From IMG/VR virus record IMGVR_UViG_3300020048_000012: DNA of 64,000 nt. One strand, given 5' to 3'. The notes under the pieces are model-generated. The model was not told where the DNA came from and made no database searches. It saw only the letters and a list, made by a program, of their open reading frames with translations. Source of the stretch: a virus. Shown here piece by piece: positions 8,741 to 18,152 of the stretch (the first letter of the stretch is position 1; every line of letters begins with the position of its first letter). A program made the translations under genes and the position numbers.

Positions 8741-9238
8741 TCATTCTCCGCCGTAATATTCTAGATTCAAGTCCAGCAATTGCTTCACAGTTTCTTCAAT
8801 ATCTTTATGAAGAATTGCAGTGCCTCCGGCGACACGATAGCGCTCAACCACGTGAGGCGTGTCATCAATGAGAATATGCCACGGTTGTGCAAACTTTGCT
8901 TTATGACCACCACCGGGCACAATATTTACGGGAAAGTCAATGTCATGAGACTTTAGCCATGCAGTCTTTTGTTCTACTACTAAGTCATGCGAATACCCGC
9001 CACCAGAAGATGAAAGGATCTCGATTGGAACTCGAAGTTGGCGCACTACGTGCAAAAGAGCATCTGCGTCTTTATGCTTTTCAAGTGTTTCAAAGTCGCG
9101 ATCATCTACAAAGGTTTTCCAGTTATTCCAGAAATGTTTAGTACGACCTTCAATTTCAGTGGGAAATTCGCCGAATTTTTCGACGTATCGTTTATTAAAA
9201 TCGGCAAGAACGCCATCCATATCTAAAAAAATCTTCAT
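8741..9238 (-). CDS. HAD-family 5'(3')-deoxyribonucleotidase
   Basis: IFLDMDGVLADF, KTAWL, ILIDD. Confidence 0.85.
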   Translation of the reverse strand: MKIFLDMDGVLADFNKRYVEKFGEFPTEIEGRTKHFWNNWKTFVDDRDFETLEKHKDADALLHVVRQLRVPIEILSSSGGGYSHDLVVEQKTAWLKSHDIDFPVNIVPGGGHKAKFAQPWHILIDDTPHVVERYRVAGGTAILHKDIEETVKQLLDLNLEYYGGE

Positions 9239-9358
9239 TTACTTGCTCCATTACTGGATTTAATTATATCACATAATCTAATTAATGTACACCGTTATTT
9301 TTTATAGTCACGGGATGTCATGAATGTTTCAATGAGTATATCTATTAACTCATGCCAT

Positions 9359-9376
9359 GAACAATGACGTACGTCA
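9359..9376. repeat. promoter-upstream module copy 1 (truncated)
   Basis: gaacaatgacgtacgtca; palindrome end doubles as stop codon of ORF 9374..10126. Confidence 0.85.
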
Positions 9377-10126
9377 ATCCCAAAGCGTTTGAAAATACGT
9401 TCCAAATAAACGCAGTCCATTACTAATACGAGCTTGATGTTTTGCCATTGCCGCATAATCGCATTTGTATGTGTCTTTTGATCCATGCTCTATAGAGTAA
9501 GTCATTGGGTCGCCATTTTCGTCTAATTTATCAGAAGGAACCCAAACAATGTCATGCTCGCCAGACCGATATTGTCGTTCCCAATCATAGTCTGGTTGAA
9601 GCTGCTTGAACGCCCAAATCATTTCATTGAGCACCCATTCGTATTGAGTATGCACATCGACTTTCAGTTTGTCTTCATCGGCAGTCTCATGGTAGAATTC
9701 AAAACATTTCTGACTATCATGATCTTCAGTCTCTGTGAATTGTAGATGAGGAGGAAGATCTTTATGATCAATAAAACCAGAACCATGCTTAGTATCTCTC
9801 AATTGTCTTAGCAATGGGAGAATAATTGGCGACAATGTAGAATCTAAATTCCAAGAATCCCAAGGATCGAGTTTTACAACAATCTTTTGCTTATTCTTTG
9901 AAGAGATCCATTCGCACACTTTGTATAACGTAGTCTTTGGGCGATCGTCATGCGAAAACAATCCATTTGCTTTCTCTCCCTTTGCAAATCCATGCGCTAG
10001 AAACTCGCCAAATTTATGAACTCGACGATCCTCATATTTGTCTAGCCAAAACAAAAGCTTTTCAGCTATTTGATACGGTCCGATCCATGTTGGATATTTA
10101 CCTATTCTTACATACATTTTTGACAA
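9374..10126 (-). CDS. hypothetical protein
   Basis: ORF track 250 aa. Confidence 0.75.
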   Translation of the reverse strand: MSKMYVRIGKYPTWIGPYQIAEKLLFWLDKYEDRRVHKFGEFLAHGFAKGEKANGLFSHDDRPKTTLYKVCEWISSKNKQKIVVKLDPWDSWNLDSTLSPIILPLLRQLRDTKHGSGFIDHKDLPPHLQFTETEDHDSQKCFEFYHETADEDKLKVDVHTQYEWVLNEMIWAFKQLQPDYDWERQYRSGEHDIVWVPSDKLDENGDPMTYSIEHGSKDTYKCDYAAMAKHQARISNGLRLFGTYFQTLWD

Positions 10127-10277
10127 CCTCTGTAATTTCTTTTAGCCATGCTGTCGCCTCGTCTGCGCTATCAAACATAGGACTAGAGTGAACGTTCATG
10201 CCATCGATGACTTCTGTCCAAAAGTATAGATAATCATCATTTTGGACGTCGCGATATCTAACTAATTCGAGCTTCAT
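10098..10277 (-). CDS. hypothetical protein (start MKLELVRY)
   Basis: ORF track frame; start reassigned to ATG at 10277. Confidence 0.55.
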   Translation of the reverse strand: MKLELVRYRDVQNDDYLYFWTEVIDGMNVHSSPMFDSADEATAWLKEITEVVKNVCKNR

Positions 10278-10911
10278 ATTGACTAAGTGGCATTGACACA
10301 ATGCGGTTTTGTTTTGGTTTATGTTCCATATAACACGTATCACCATACAATTTGTTTATGCCTAAAGCAAACCAATCTGGCATAGCACGATTTGTCCAAC
10401 GAGACATTTTGACTTTTTCGCCAAGGTAATATGCGCGATACGAATTCATCGTATAATTTGGTTCATTTCTAAGAGCTTTATATTGATCGGGCATAGCACG
10501 CCATGGACTAGAAAATTGATATTCTGTCGAAATATTGTTTGGAGTACGAGCAAGATGCGCCAATAATCTTTCGCATGCATGACGTTTGCCATATCGATGA
10601 GAATATTCATCTAGTAGATTAGTCCACATCGTAAACAACCAATGATAATTAGATGAACAGTGACGAGCCCACTTGGCAGAAGGATGATTCACGTGAGTAG
10701 CCTTATATAGGATTGGTTCACGATCATCGGGAAGCACATATAACTTTTGCTTACGCCCTGACTTAGAAAGCCCAATTGATTCAACGCCATCGATAATGCG
10801 ATGAGCAGAGGAAAGCAATTGGGCATATTCAACAATCATTTTGACAACATGCTTGTCATTATGCATTTTGGCGCATAGCGCTGGATCAGAATCGATATAA
10901 AAGATATTCAT
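10258..10911 (-). CDS. pyrimidine-dimer DNA glycosylase / DenV-like family protein
   Basis: MNIFYID..P..CAKMHNDKHVVKMIVEYAQLLS, HVNHPSAKW, EYSHRYGKRHAC. Confidence 0.75.
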   Translation of the reverse strand: MNIFYIDSDPALCAKMHNDKHVVKMIVEYAQLLSSAHRIIDGVESIGLSKSGRKQKLYVLPDDREPILYKATHVNHPSAKWARHCSSNYHWLFTMWTNLLDEYSHRYGKRHACERLLAHLARTPNNISTEYQFSSPWRAMPDQYKALRNEPNYTMNSYRAYYLGEKVKMSRWTNRAMPDWFALGINKLYGDTCYMEHKPKQNRIVSMPLSQYEARIS

Positions 10912-10973
10912 AATTTATTATATCAAATTGACGAATTAAAGTACACAAAATGATGCATATGGCCATCCTAACG

Positions 10974-10981
10974 TATAAATA
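10974..10981 (+). promoter_or_regulatory. late promoter TATAAATA for antisense GIY-YIG gene
   Basis: Exact consensus about 25 nt upstream of ORF 11005. Confidence 0.7.
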
Positions 10982-11004
10982 TTTATTTTAAATAGCATGT
11001 TAAA

Positions 11005-11685
11005 ATGTCACCAATATACTTATACATAAAAACTCACAATATCACTGGATTGAAATATTTTGGCAAAACAATTGCAAAAGATCCATATGCATACAAAGGA
11101 TCTGGAACTCATTGGGTTGCACATATTAGAAAACATGGATATGATGTCACGACGACAATTTATGGAACTTATTACGATAAATTGGAATGTCAAATTGCTG
11201 CTATGGCTTTCAGCGAAGAAAATAACATAGTAGAATCTAACGAATGGGCTAATCTTAGAATTGAAAATCTAGATGGTGGCGACACTAGTCATACAGATGG
11301 TTATAAAAAATCTTTACACAAAATAGGCGAGGCCGCTAGAAAACACAAATGGTGGAATGATGGGGTGACACAGGCGTTTTCAGAAATGCCTCCAAGCGAA
11401 AATCATGTACGTGGTAGATTACATTTCAATAATTCTGGAGCAAAGTTGGGAGGTGCTGCACAAAAAGGGAAAATATGGGTTAATAATTCTATCGAGGAAT
11501 GCATGGTTTATACAGACGCAATCCCAAATGGATTTACTAAGGGTCGGTTAAAATCTAAATTAAAATCATTAACGCCAAGGCATTTTAATAAAGGAACTAA
11601 ATGGTGGAATAACGGAGAAATAGAATTAATGACTAATTCTCCATTAGAGTCGTTTGTTCCCGGTCGTTTAAAACGAATCAAATGA
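11005..11685 (+). CDS. free-standing GIY-YIG (Seg-like) homing endonuclease
   Basis: IYLYIKTHNITGLKYFGKT...YKGSG...WANL..E; repeated W(W/V)N(D/N)G DNA-binding modules; antisense. Confidence 0.82.
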   Translation: MSPIYLYIKTHNITGLKYFGKTIAKDPYAYKGSGTHWVAHIRKHGYDVTTTIYGTYYDKLECQIAAMAFSEENNIVESNEWANLRIENLDGGDTSHTDGYKKSLHKIGEAARKHKWWNDGVTQAFSEMPPSENHVRGRLHFNNSGAKLGGAAQKGKIWVNNSIEECMVYTDAIPNGFTKGRLKSKLKSLTPRHFNKGTKWWNNGEIELMTNSPLESFVPGRLKRIK

Positions 11686-12577
11686 TGCTATGATTATAAT
11701 TATTTGAAACCAATTCATTAGTTGGCATATCATCTAAGTCTATCACCAGACATTTGAAATTCGCATAATCTGGTCGCTCATTTGGATATCCGCGTGGATT
11801 GCACGCGACTAATGTATCACCCATATAATACCAATGTTGATGATGCACGTGCCCGCATGTCCATAATTTGATCTGAGGTCGATCAAGGATGAATTCGCTT
11901 AAATCAGAATAGTACGCCCCATTCATTAAATACTCGTTTTTGTAATCTTCACTGATACTCAATACGCTTGGTGCATGGTGCCCAACGATCACAAACTTTT
12001 CATCATGTTTTTCAGACACAACTTGTTTGATATAGCCCAGACTCTTACGATGACGATGAACTGCGTGAGCTGCGCGAAGTTTAGTATAACCATGCTCGTC
12101 ATTGCGAATAATACGAAAGTCATTCATCATGTCGCCGACTGCATGCAGCGTCAACGGGTCGACCTTATTCATATCAGTCCAGAGCGTAGCTCCAACAAAC
12201 GTAACGTCATCTAACTTAAAGATTTCATCTTCAAGAAAATGAATGTTGTCATGACGAGCATATAATTCGCGTAGAATAGACAATGACTTAACCCACTTAC
12301 CATTATAGAATTCATGGTTGCCCGCGATAACGATCACGTGTGGAAATTCTGAACTAATTTGTTTCAAAAAGTCCATGTACTTAATCGCATTACGAGTGCG
12401 ATGCGACATCTTCTCCACTGCGCCTGATGCATACGGATTGAAGTCGGGAATCTCACGATCAAAATCATCGGCAATAAGAATATCGCCCGACAAAACCAGA
12501 ACGTCAGCCTCTTCAGTATTTTTAAGTTCTATCATCCCAAATTCAAGATGTAGGTCACTGCACACTGCGATTTTCAT
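11678..12577 (-). CDS. calcineurin-like metallophosphoesterase
   Basis: SDLHLE, SGDI, AGNHEFY, GHHAPS, CGHVH, NPRGY. Confidence 0.9.
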   Translation of the reverse strand: MKIAVCSDLHLEFGMIELKNTEEADVLVLSGDILIADDFDREIPDFNPYASGAVEKMSHRTRNAIKYMDFLKQISSEFPHVIVIAGNHEFYNGKWVKSLSILRELYARHDNIHFLEDEIFKLDDVTFVGATLWTDMNKVDPLTLHAVGDMMNDFRIIRNDEHGYTKLRAAHAVHRHRKSLGYIKQVVSEKHDEKFVIVGHHAPSVLSISEDYKNEYLMNGAYYSDLSEFILDRPQIKLWTCGHVHHQHWYYMGDTLVACNPRGYPNERPDYANFKCLVIDLDDMPTNELVSNNYNHSII

Positions 12578-13538
12578 TTATAATAGCCTGTAAAATTTTC
12601 TTCTATTTCAACGACGATTGCGTCGTGTGTCTTTACGATATTGGAATATCCTGCAGGTTCGCGCGACATATATTCATCTGTGTACTCTCTCAGATATGGC
12701 ACGATATGTCCAACATGATTTCTATACCACATCAGACAATCTCGACAATCTATAATCTTAAGCGCTTTCATTAAATGCTTTTCATAGTCAAATAAAACTT
12801 GCCAACATTGCCAGTGAGAGTAAGAAACTTTGCAAACGCTATACTTATTGATTCATCAAATCTGTACTTTTCTGGTAGATCTACAAACCCAAAATCTGGT
12901 GTTGCAAATAAGCCAATACCTACGACACAATTTTCGTTTTTAGTATTCTGATTAGGCCAAAAAATTTCTAGACCAGTTTCTTCAATTTCTTCTGGCGACA
13001 TGCCTAACTCAGTAAATGGCATGCCGATAACCAGCCAAGCTGAATAATTTGTACTCATTTTCCAAGACCCATCATAATTTTTAATCTCCAAGCAGTAAAT
13101 GAAATAATCTTCAAACCATCTACTCTTTCCGTTGTATGAATTGCAAACAACAGAGTCTGCAATTTATCATCCACGATTTGAGACCAACAATCTTCGGCCC
13201 AAATCCATTCACCCATAAATCTACCAAATTCAAATGTGTGACGTGGATTTGCACATGACTTTAAGTTAAAGTGTACTCTAAGTTCATCTTTTGTCATTTT
13301 TCGCCTTCAAGAGACTGGCGCGCCAATGACCATCCGTGCTGCATAATTAATCCTTTGCAATGTATTCCATGCGAACATCATACTTTTTATCTTCTTTTTC
13401 GACAACATCATACGCCACAATTAGAAAGCCATACTTTTTCATTTTGTAAGACTTTACCAATTGTAGCATTTGTGAATGATTCAAATCACTATAATCTCTT
13501 ACAGTGATATGTGGCTTAAGAAGAATTGGAATCTTCAT
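12574..13538 (-). other. run of four small hypothetical ORFs (12574-12771, 12771-13058, 13055-13297, 13347-13538)
   Basis: ORF track, start/stop overlaps, co-oriented. Confidence 0.55.
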
Positions 13539-14596
13539 TTTTCACCTTCAAGATAAAGATTAGAAACACACTTGAAAGAAATTCTTTTACCAGAATTGGC
13601 TTTGTATACAATACCTTCGCGTAGGCAGCCCACTTGTCCAAGAACAGATTGTCCATCTGCGTGGGCAAGAAGTTTATTAGCAGAGATGCCAGCCAAAACT
13701 CTTTCTTTATTGTACACAGGAGCATCGGTTAACTCAAGAAGTGCTGTCAATTCTCTACGATCAACTGGGGCATAATATTCAAACTTATCGATGTTAAACA
13801 CATCAAATACAAAGAACATGTGCTTTGTCAAATTGTAAATGTTGCCTTGGATGCCTGGGCCACACAGTTCACCTTGAATAGCGACATTTTTTCCAAGATA
13901 TGTCAACTTGGTTTTCAGATCAAGTTCAAGCGCCATCTTCCAGAATGTATTATCTTCAGATTCCTTCAGATCAAGATTCCGAGAACAAACGCCAAAGTCT
14001 CCATCACGGAAGTACACCGTCATAGAAGAACCTTCGCACTTTTCAGTTTCTTCCCAAGTTTCAGTATCGAAGTACTTTGCAACATCATCGTAGCAATTCT
14101 GTACACGTTCCTGATCAGTCTTGATGATGAAAGACGGAAAAGATCCGCGGGCATCAGCAGAAGTAAACTCCGGTGGTGCTTCCCACTTTACAATACCAAG
14201 AACTTCTGAAACATCATCTCCAACTTTATAATCTGGCATCAAATCTGCTGGTTCATCATACCCAGAGCCACAACCAAAAATAGACATCGGCAGAATCAAT
14301 CCTTGAGACAGAGCCTTACGAAGACGAATGGTACGAAGCTTTTCACCTTCGACACCGTTATACACCTTTGGAAAATGTCCAGCCTTAGTCAGGAATGGAG
14401 CAATCGTAGACGGGATGAAGGAATCAACTTCACAGAAGATGACTCGGTCACCGACTTGGTACTTACCGACTTGATCAACTACTCTCCACCCATTGATGCC
14501 ATACTGACAAATTTTGTCGGCACCTTCAATTGGGTGAACGCCATTTACTTCTTGAATAGAAGCCATTTTTCTCACATAAACATCATTCATTTTCAT
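13535..14596 (-). CDS. RNA ligase, DRB0094 family (start may be 14590)
   Basis: RKMASIQEV..VHPIEGADKI, FCEVDS, KTDQERVQN, TEKCEGSS nucleotidyl-transferase motif I, QGELCGPGIQGN, EGIVYK, FKCVSNLYL. Confidence 0.88.
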   Translation of the reverse strand: MKMNDVYVRKMASIQEVNGVHPIEGADKICQYGINGWRVVDQVGKYQVGDRVIFCEVDSFIPSTIAPFLTKAGHFPKVYNGVEGEKLRTIRLRKALSQGLILPMSIFGCGSGYDEPADLMPDYKVGDDVSEVLGIVKWEAPPEFTSADARGSFPSFIIKTDQERVQNCYDDVAKYFDTETWEETEKCEGSSMTVYFRDGDFGVCSRNLDLKESEDNTFWKMALELDLKTKLTYLGKNVAIQGELCGPGIQGNIYNLTKHMFFVFDVFNIDKFEYYAPVDRRELTALLELTDAPVYNKERVLAGISANKLLAHADGQSVLGQVGCLREGIVYKANSGKRISFKCVSNLYLEGEK

Positions 14597-14798
14597 CTCC
14601 TGCCATTTTATCTAATTTTAAAGACAATTCATAATCATATTCTGATCCATACCGACACTCTTGTTCGCGTGTCCAATTTCTTCGATCAGTGCAACTATGT
14701 TCTGTAAATCGTTCATATTGATTCATACACGATTCGCGAAGAGCTTCGGCGGCTTTTCTTAATATATCTATTTGATCTTCAGTCATTCTATCATCCAA
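14583..14798 (-). CDS. hypothetical protein, paralog of 15897..16115
   Basis: MTEDQ.D..RKAA.ALRESCM...EQECRYGSE.DYELSLKLDKMA shared. Confidence 0.7.
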   Translation of the reverse strand: MDDRMTEDQIDILRKAAEALRESCMNQYERFTEHSCTDRRNWTREQECRYGSEYDYELSLKLDKMAGDENE

Positions 14799-14952
14799 TA
14801 TTTTGCAAATTTCTTTGTTGGAAAATATTCACAATCGCCGACTTGGTGCCCTTTATGATCCAAGATCAAACCGACCCATACTCTGAATTGGCGATCATAA
14901 TAAATTTCTTTTGACATAATTGTATTATATCACAAAAAAGAATATTTGTACA

Positions 14953-15504
14953 CTATTTTGCGACGATCAAGTTCTTGTTAGCTTTCCAGACACACGGGTT
15001 CTTAATTACACCATTTTCAATTGTTCCGTGCTGAATAATTTCAAACAGTGAAGCCACAGTCACTTCAAATTGAATTCCACGAGGATCGAGCACTTTGAAC
15101 AGCTTGTTACCGCGGTAACGATTGACTGTATCTACAATCATAAATCCAGTCAGTGGTTCATTTTCCCAGATTCGTGGTGCATACTCTAGCTCAATCAGTT
15201 CATCAAAATCAATTCTTACTGCCGGAGTGCCCAACCTATATGCATACTGATAACCTTTGCGCCGCCATTCGCCAGTATCCGTTTGATAAGCGCAATTATG
15301 GTAACCATATCCATTGGCATACGCCCAACCATGCTGAGTTTCTTTCCTCTTGGTGTTGGCTTTTAATTGTGGTTCGTGGGGATGGAGAAACCCAAAATTA
15401 CTTACCGTTTCAGTAAAAGTATCAAAATCTGGTGTCAGATATTCGCGTTCTACAACTTTTTTCGAAACCACATACAACTGCTTGGGGATTTTTTGGTTAC
15501 TCAT
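14953..15504 (-). CDS. hypothetical protein
   Basis: ORF track 183 aa. Confidence 0.7.
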   Translation of the reverse strand: MSNQKIPKQLYVVSKKVVEREYLTPDFDTFTETVSNFGFLHPHEPQLKANTKRKETQHGWAYANGYGYHNCAYQTDTGEWRRKGYQYAYRLGTPAVRIDFDELIELEYAPRIWENEPLTGFMIVDTVNRYRGNKLFKVLDPRGIQFEVTVASLFEIIQHGTIENGVIKNPCVWKANKNLIVAK

Positions 15505-15919
15505 TATTCAATATCATTCATAGTTGTTAAGCACAATCCGTTCTGTTTTACCCATTCCCGTAGAAAAGATTCATCTGGAAATGTTAATTCAGTAACCTGT
15601 AATCCATCACCTGAGGCGTAACATTCATCACCATCATCGGCCATTTCTTCCATTTTATCCAATACTGCTTGATCAAGTACCCAATGTACACCATTTGAAC
15701 CATCACCGGAATTAGTGATGATCATATAAATTTTACTCATTTTGTTTCCGTTTCCTTCAGTTGTTTTTCAATTTCAAATTTTTCTAACTCTCTTTCGGGA
15801 GTAGTAGTTCGTTCATAAGTATCAAGCCTACGAAGATATTCTAAACGATCCTTCAACGATATCATTGATTGCAGTATGGGCGAAATCGTTGAAGGATTAG
15901 CTGGTAGAATCGGAATCAT
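15504..15919 (-). other. two small hypothetical ORFs (15504-15740, 15737-15919)
   Basis: ORF track, overlapping start/stop. Confidence 0.55.
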
Positions 15920-16115
15920 TATAATCCTCTGCCATTTTATCTAATTTTAAAGACAATTCATAATCTTCTTCTGACCCATAGCGACACTCCTGTTCATGTG
16001 TCCAATCCCTTCGGTCAATACAACTATTTCGTGTGTATATATCGAACCGGAACATACAAGACTCGCGCAAAGCAGAGGCTGCTTTTCGTATCAAATCTTT
16101 TTGATCTTCAGTCAT
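15897..16115 (-). CDS. hypothetical protein, paralog of 14583..14798
   Basis: High protein and DNA similarity to 14583..14798. Confidence 0.7.
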   Translation of the reverse strand: MTEDQKDLIRKAASALRESCMFRFDIYTRNSCIDRRDWTHEQECRYGSEEDYELSLKLDKMAEDYNDSDSTS

Positions 16116-16124
16116 TTTGATTCC

Positions 16125-16508
16125 TTACATAAACAAATTCTGTGGCACTGGACCAAACATCTTATGCAATACTCTACTTGGCGTAGAAGCAACGGCAAGT
16201 TTTATGCCTTTTTTAGTTGCTTGAACTTTGTAATAATTACGAGCAATGCAATTACGAGCATTGCCTCTACTATTATTGCATTCAAAACATGCAGCAACTA
16301 AATTATCTGGCGATTCTATCTTAATATGCTTTGGACTAGACCACTTATCAAGTAAATGCTCAAGCGTCGCCTGGTGCGGCGACTTCTTAGTCACGTTCAT
16401 TTCGCAATTACAGTAATAACATTTATTACACTGGCTGTTCACCAATGTAGAAAGAGTTATATGCTGATTGCTCATGATAAAGTCAAAAAACTTCTTTGAT
16501 GATGTCAA
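16125..16508 (-). CDS. HNH endonuclease
   Basis: CYYC...ATLEHL...NLVAACFECNNSRG. Confidence 0.8.
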   Translation of the reverse strand: MTSSKKFFDFIMSNQHITLSTLVNSQCNKCYYCNCEMNVTKKSPHQATLEHLLDKWSSPKHIKIESPDNLVAACFECNNSRGNARNCIARNYYKVQATKKGIKLAVASTPSRVLHKMFGPVPQNLFM

Positions 16509-16656
16509 ATGATTCGGCTGGAAATTTCGTCTTGAATTCTTCGGCCTTCACGTACTCATTGAATGCCTTTGCTTCAAAGAACACTTTCTTAAAGACGCTC
16601 AAATGAGAACGCTTTGGGCACACGGTGAGATAAATTGATTTTGCTTTACCGGCCAT
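16483..16656 (-). CDS. small early protein (MAGKAKSIYL)
   Basis: First ATG with SD downstream of early promoter 16687. Confidence 0.6.
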   Translation of the reverse strand: MAGKAKSIYLTVCPKRSHLSVFKKVFFEAKAFNEYVKAEEFKTKFPAESFDIIKEVF

Positions 16657-16778
16657 TTTGATTCCTTGTTTGGTTTTGATAAATCTATTATACCACAAAA
16701 TCTAATTGTTGTACACCGTTATTTGCAGTGCTTTCTGGTGTCAAAAATCTCATGATGCTGGTAGATACTAACAAAGAG

Positions 16779-16832
16779 CATGAACAATGACGTACGTCAC
16801 TTTCGGTGCTCTAAGTTGTTGATTTATATAGG
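16779..16832. repeat. promoter-upstream module copy 2
   Basis: gaacaatgacgtacgtcactttcggtgctctaagttgttgatttatatagg. Confidence 0.9.
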
Positions 16833-18152
16833 TCAGATTTTAGCCAAATTGGCCTTATACACGCTCATAGGTGTTTGTTTCTTTAGCATTTCAAGAGTCT
16901 TATTCTTGTCTGCAATCTTGGCCTCAAGCTTGGCGACCTCGTCTGTTGTACATTCATACAGAGGGATATTGACAAACTTCTTGCCAAAGTCTTTTGGCGT
17001 AATCTTCTTTGCAATGAAGTCGAGCAATTGTACTTTCGTATTAGTCCTGAAGTCGACCTTACGTTCAATCACTGCAGTAATAAACTTTGCACGGTGAATC
17101 ATTTCATCCAATGCTTCATTAGTTTCATCGATGTCATATGCAATTTTATCACCAAACTTGGTAATACGATATTGGACAAAATAGTGAATCAATTGAGCGA
17201 CTGATTCGAAGATCTTGAGTTTGCCATCATACCCAAGAGTCGTAAGAATCTCGGTATGAAGACGAACAAGTTTAAAGTACTTGAACATATCTTTATCGAT
17301 AGCATTGCGTTGCTGAGCCGTAACTTTAATCTCAAACCCAAAGCCATCTTTAGAGCATGCATCATCATAGTCACGAATCATGTCTTTGTCGATAAGACCA
17401 TTCAAGAATTCTACATAACTTTCGCGATCAAATCCGATTGGCAGTTCTGTGATGGCGTACGTAAATTTGCCTAGGTATTCGATGCATCCAATTGTGCGAT
17501 ACTGATTGCCAGCCACGTATTCGACTTTTCCTTTAAAGGAAGGGAACTTTGGCATGATGACATCATTTGCTTTCAGGAACTTCTCAGGAGATTTCAGACA
17601 TTGATTAGTAGCTTCAATCAAAGAAGGAATTGATCGAGGAAGAATGTCAGTCTTGAATCCAACTGCGATACCACTGATGCCATTAACAAGCACCCAAGGA
17701 ATGATAGGCAAATAGAATGCCGGCTCTGGATTTTCTGGATCGAAAGCTTTTGGGGCAACTTCAGTGTCAACAAAGAATTTCTTGAATGTATCAGACAAAG
17801 ATGCAAAGATATATCGAGGAGCAGCCGCTTCTTGAACAAGACGAGAACCAAAATTACCATGTCCTGTAAAGATTGGAGCATTATTATTCCAATCAGACGC
17901 CATGCCCACAGCCGCACCTTGAGCTGAGCCCTCACCGTGGTGATAGTTCATCTTAGCAAGACCACCGCCTAGTTCAGCGACTTTGACCTTATTACCCTTA
18001 TACTCAGTGATCATTGCATATAGCAACTTACGCTGAGTTGGCTTCATCCCATCGATGACGGAAGGAATTGCACGACTCTCGATCGTGTACATACTAAACT
18101 CACGTAGGTCAGTATCAATAATATCAGTTAGATTACGAACTTCAACTTTCAT
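16833..18152 (-). CDS. 52: DNA topoisomerase II medium subunit (gp52, GyrA-like)
   Basis: RAIPSVIDGMKPTQRK, YHHGEGS, GNFGSR..QEAAAPRYI (catalytic Tyr); start set at ATG overlapping gp39 stop. Confidence 0.95.
   Translation of the reverse strand: MKVEVRNLTDIIDTDLREFSMYTIESRAIPSVIDGMKPTQRKLLYAMITEYKGNKVKVAELGGGLAKMNYHHGEGSAQGAAVGMASDWNNNAPIFTGHGNFGSRLVQEAAAPRYIFASLSDTFKKFFVDTEVAPKAFDPENPEPAFYLPIIPWVLVNGISGIAVGFKTDILPRSIPSLIEATNQCLKSPEKFLKANDVIMPKFPSFKGKVEYVAGNQYRTIGCIEYLGKFTYAITELPIGFDRESYVEFLNGLIDKDMIRDYDDACSKDGFGFEIKVTAQQRNAIDKDMFKYFKLVRLHTEILTTLGYDGKLKIFESVAQLIHYFVQYRITKFGDKIAYDIDETNEALDEMIHRAKFITAVIERKVDFRTNTKVQLLDFIAKKITPKDFGKKFVNIPLYECTTDEVAKLEAKIADKNKTLEMLKKQTPMSVYKANLAKI

Noticed and set aside
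10925-11004. Displaced 3' remnant of the phosphoesterase next to the second GIY-YIG gene
   Set aside because: No frame on the minus strand resembles the phosphoesterase C-terminus; likewise no ligase remnant upstream of ORF 35055
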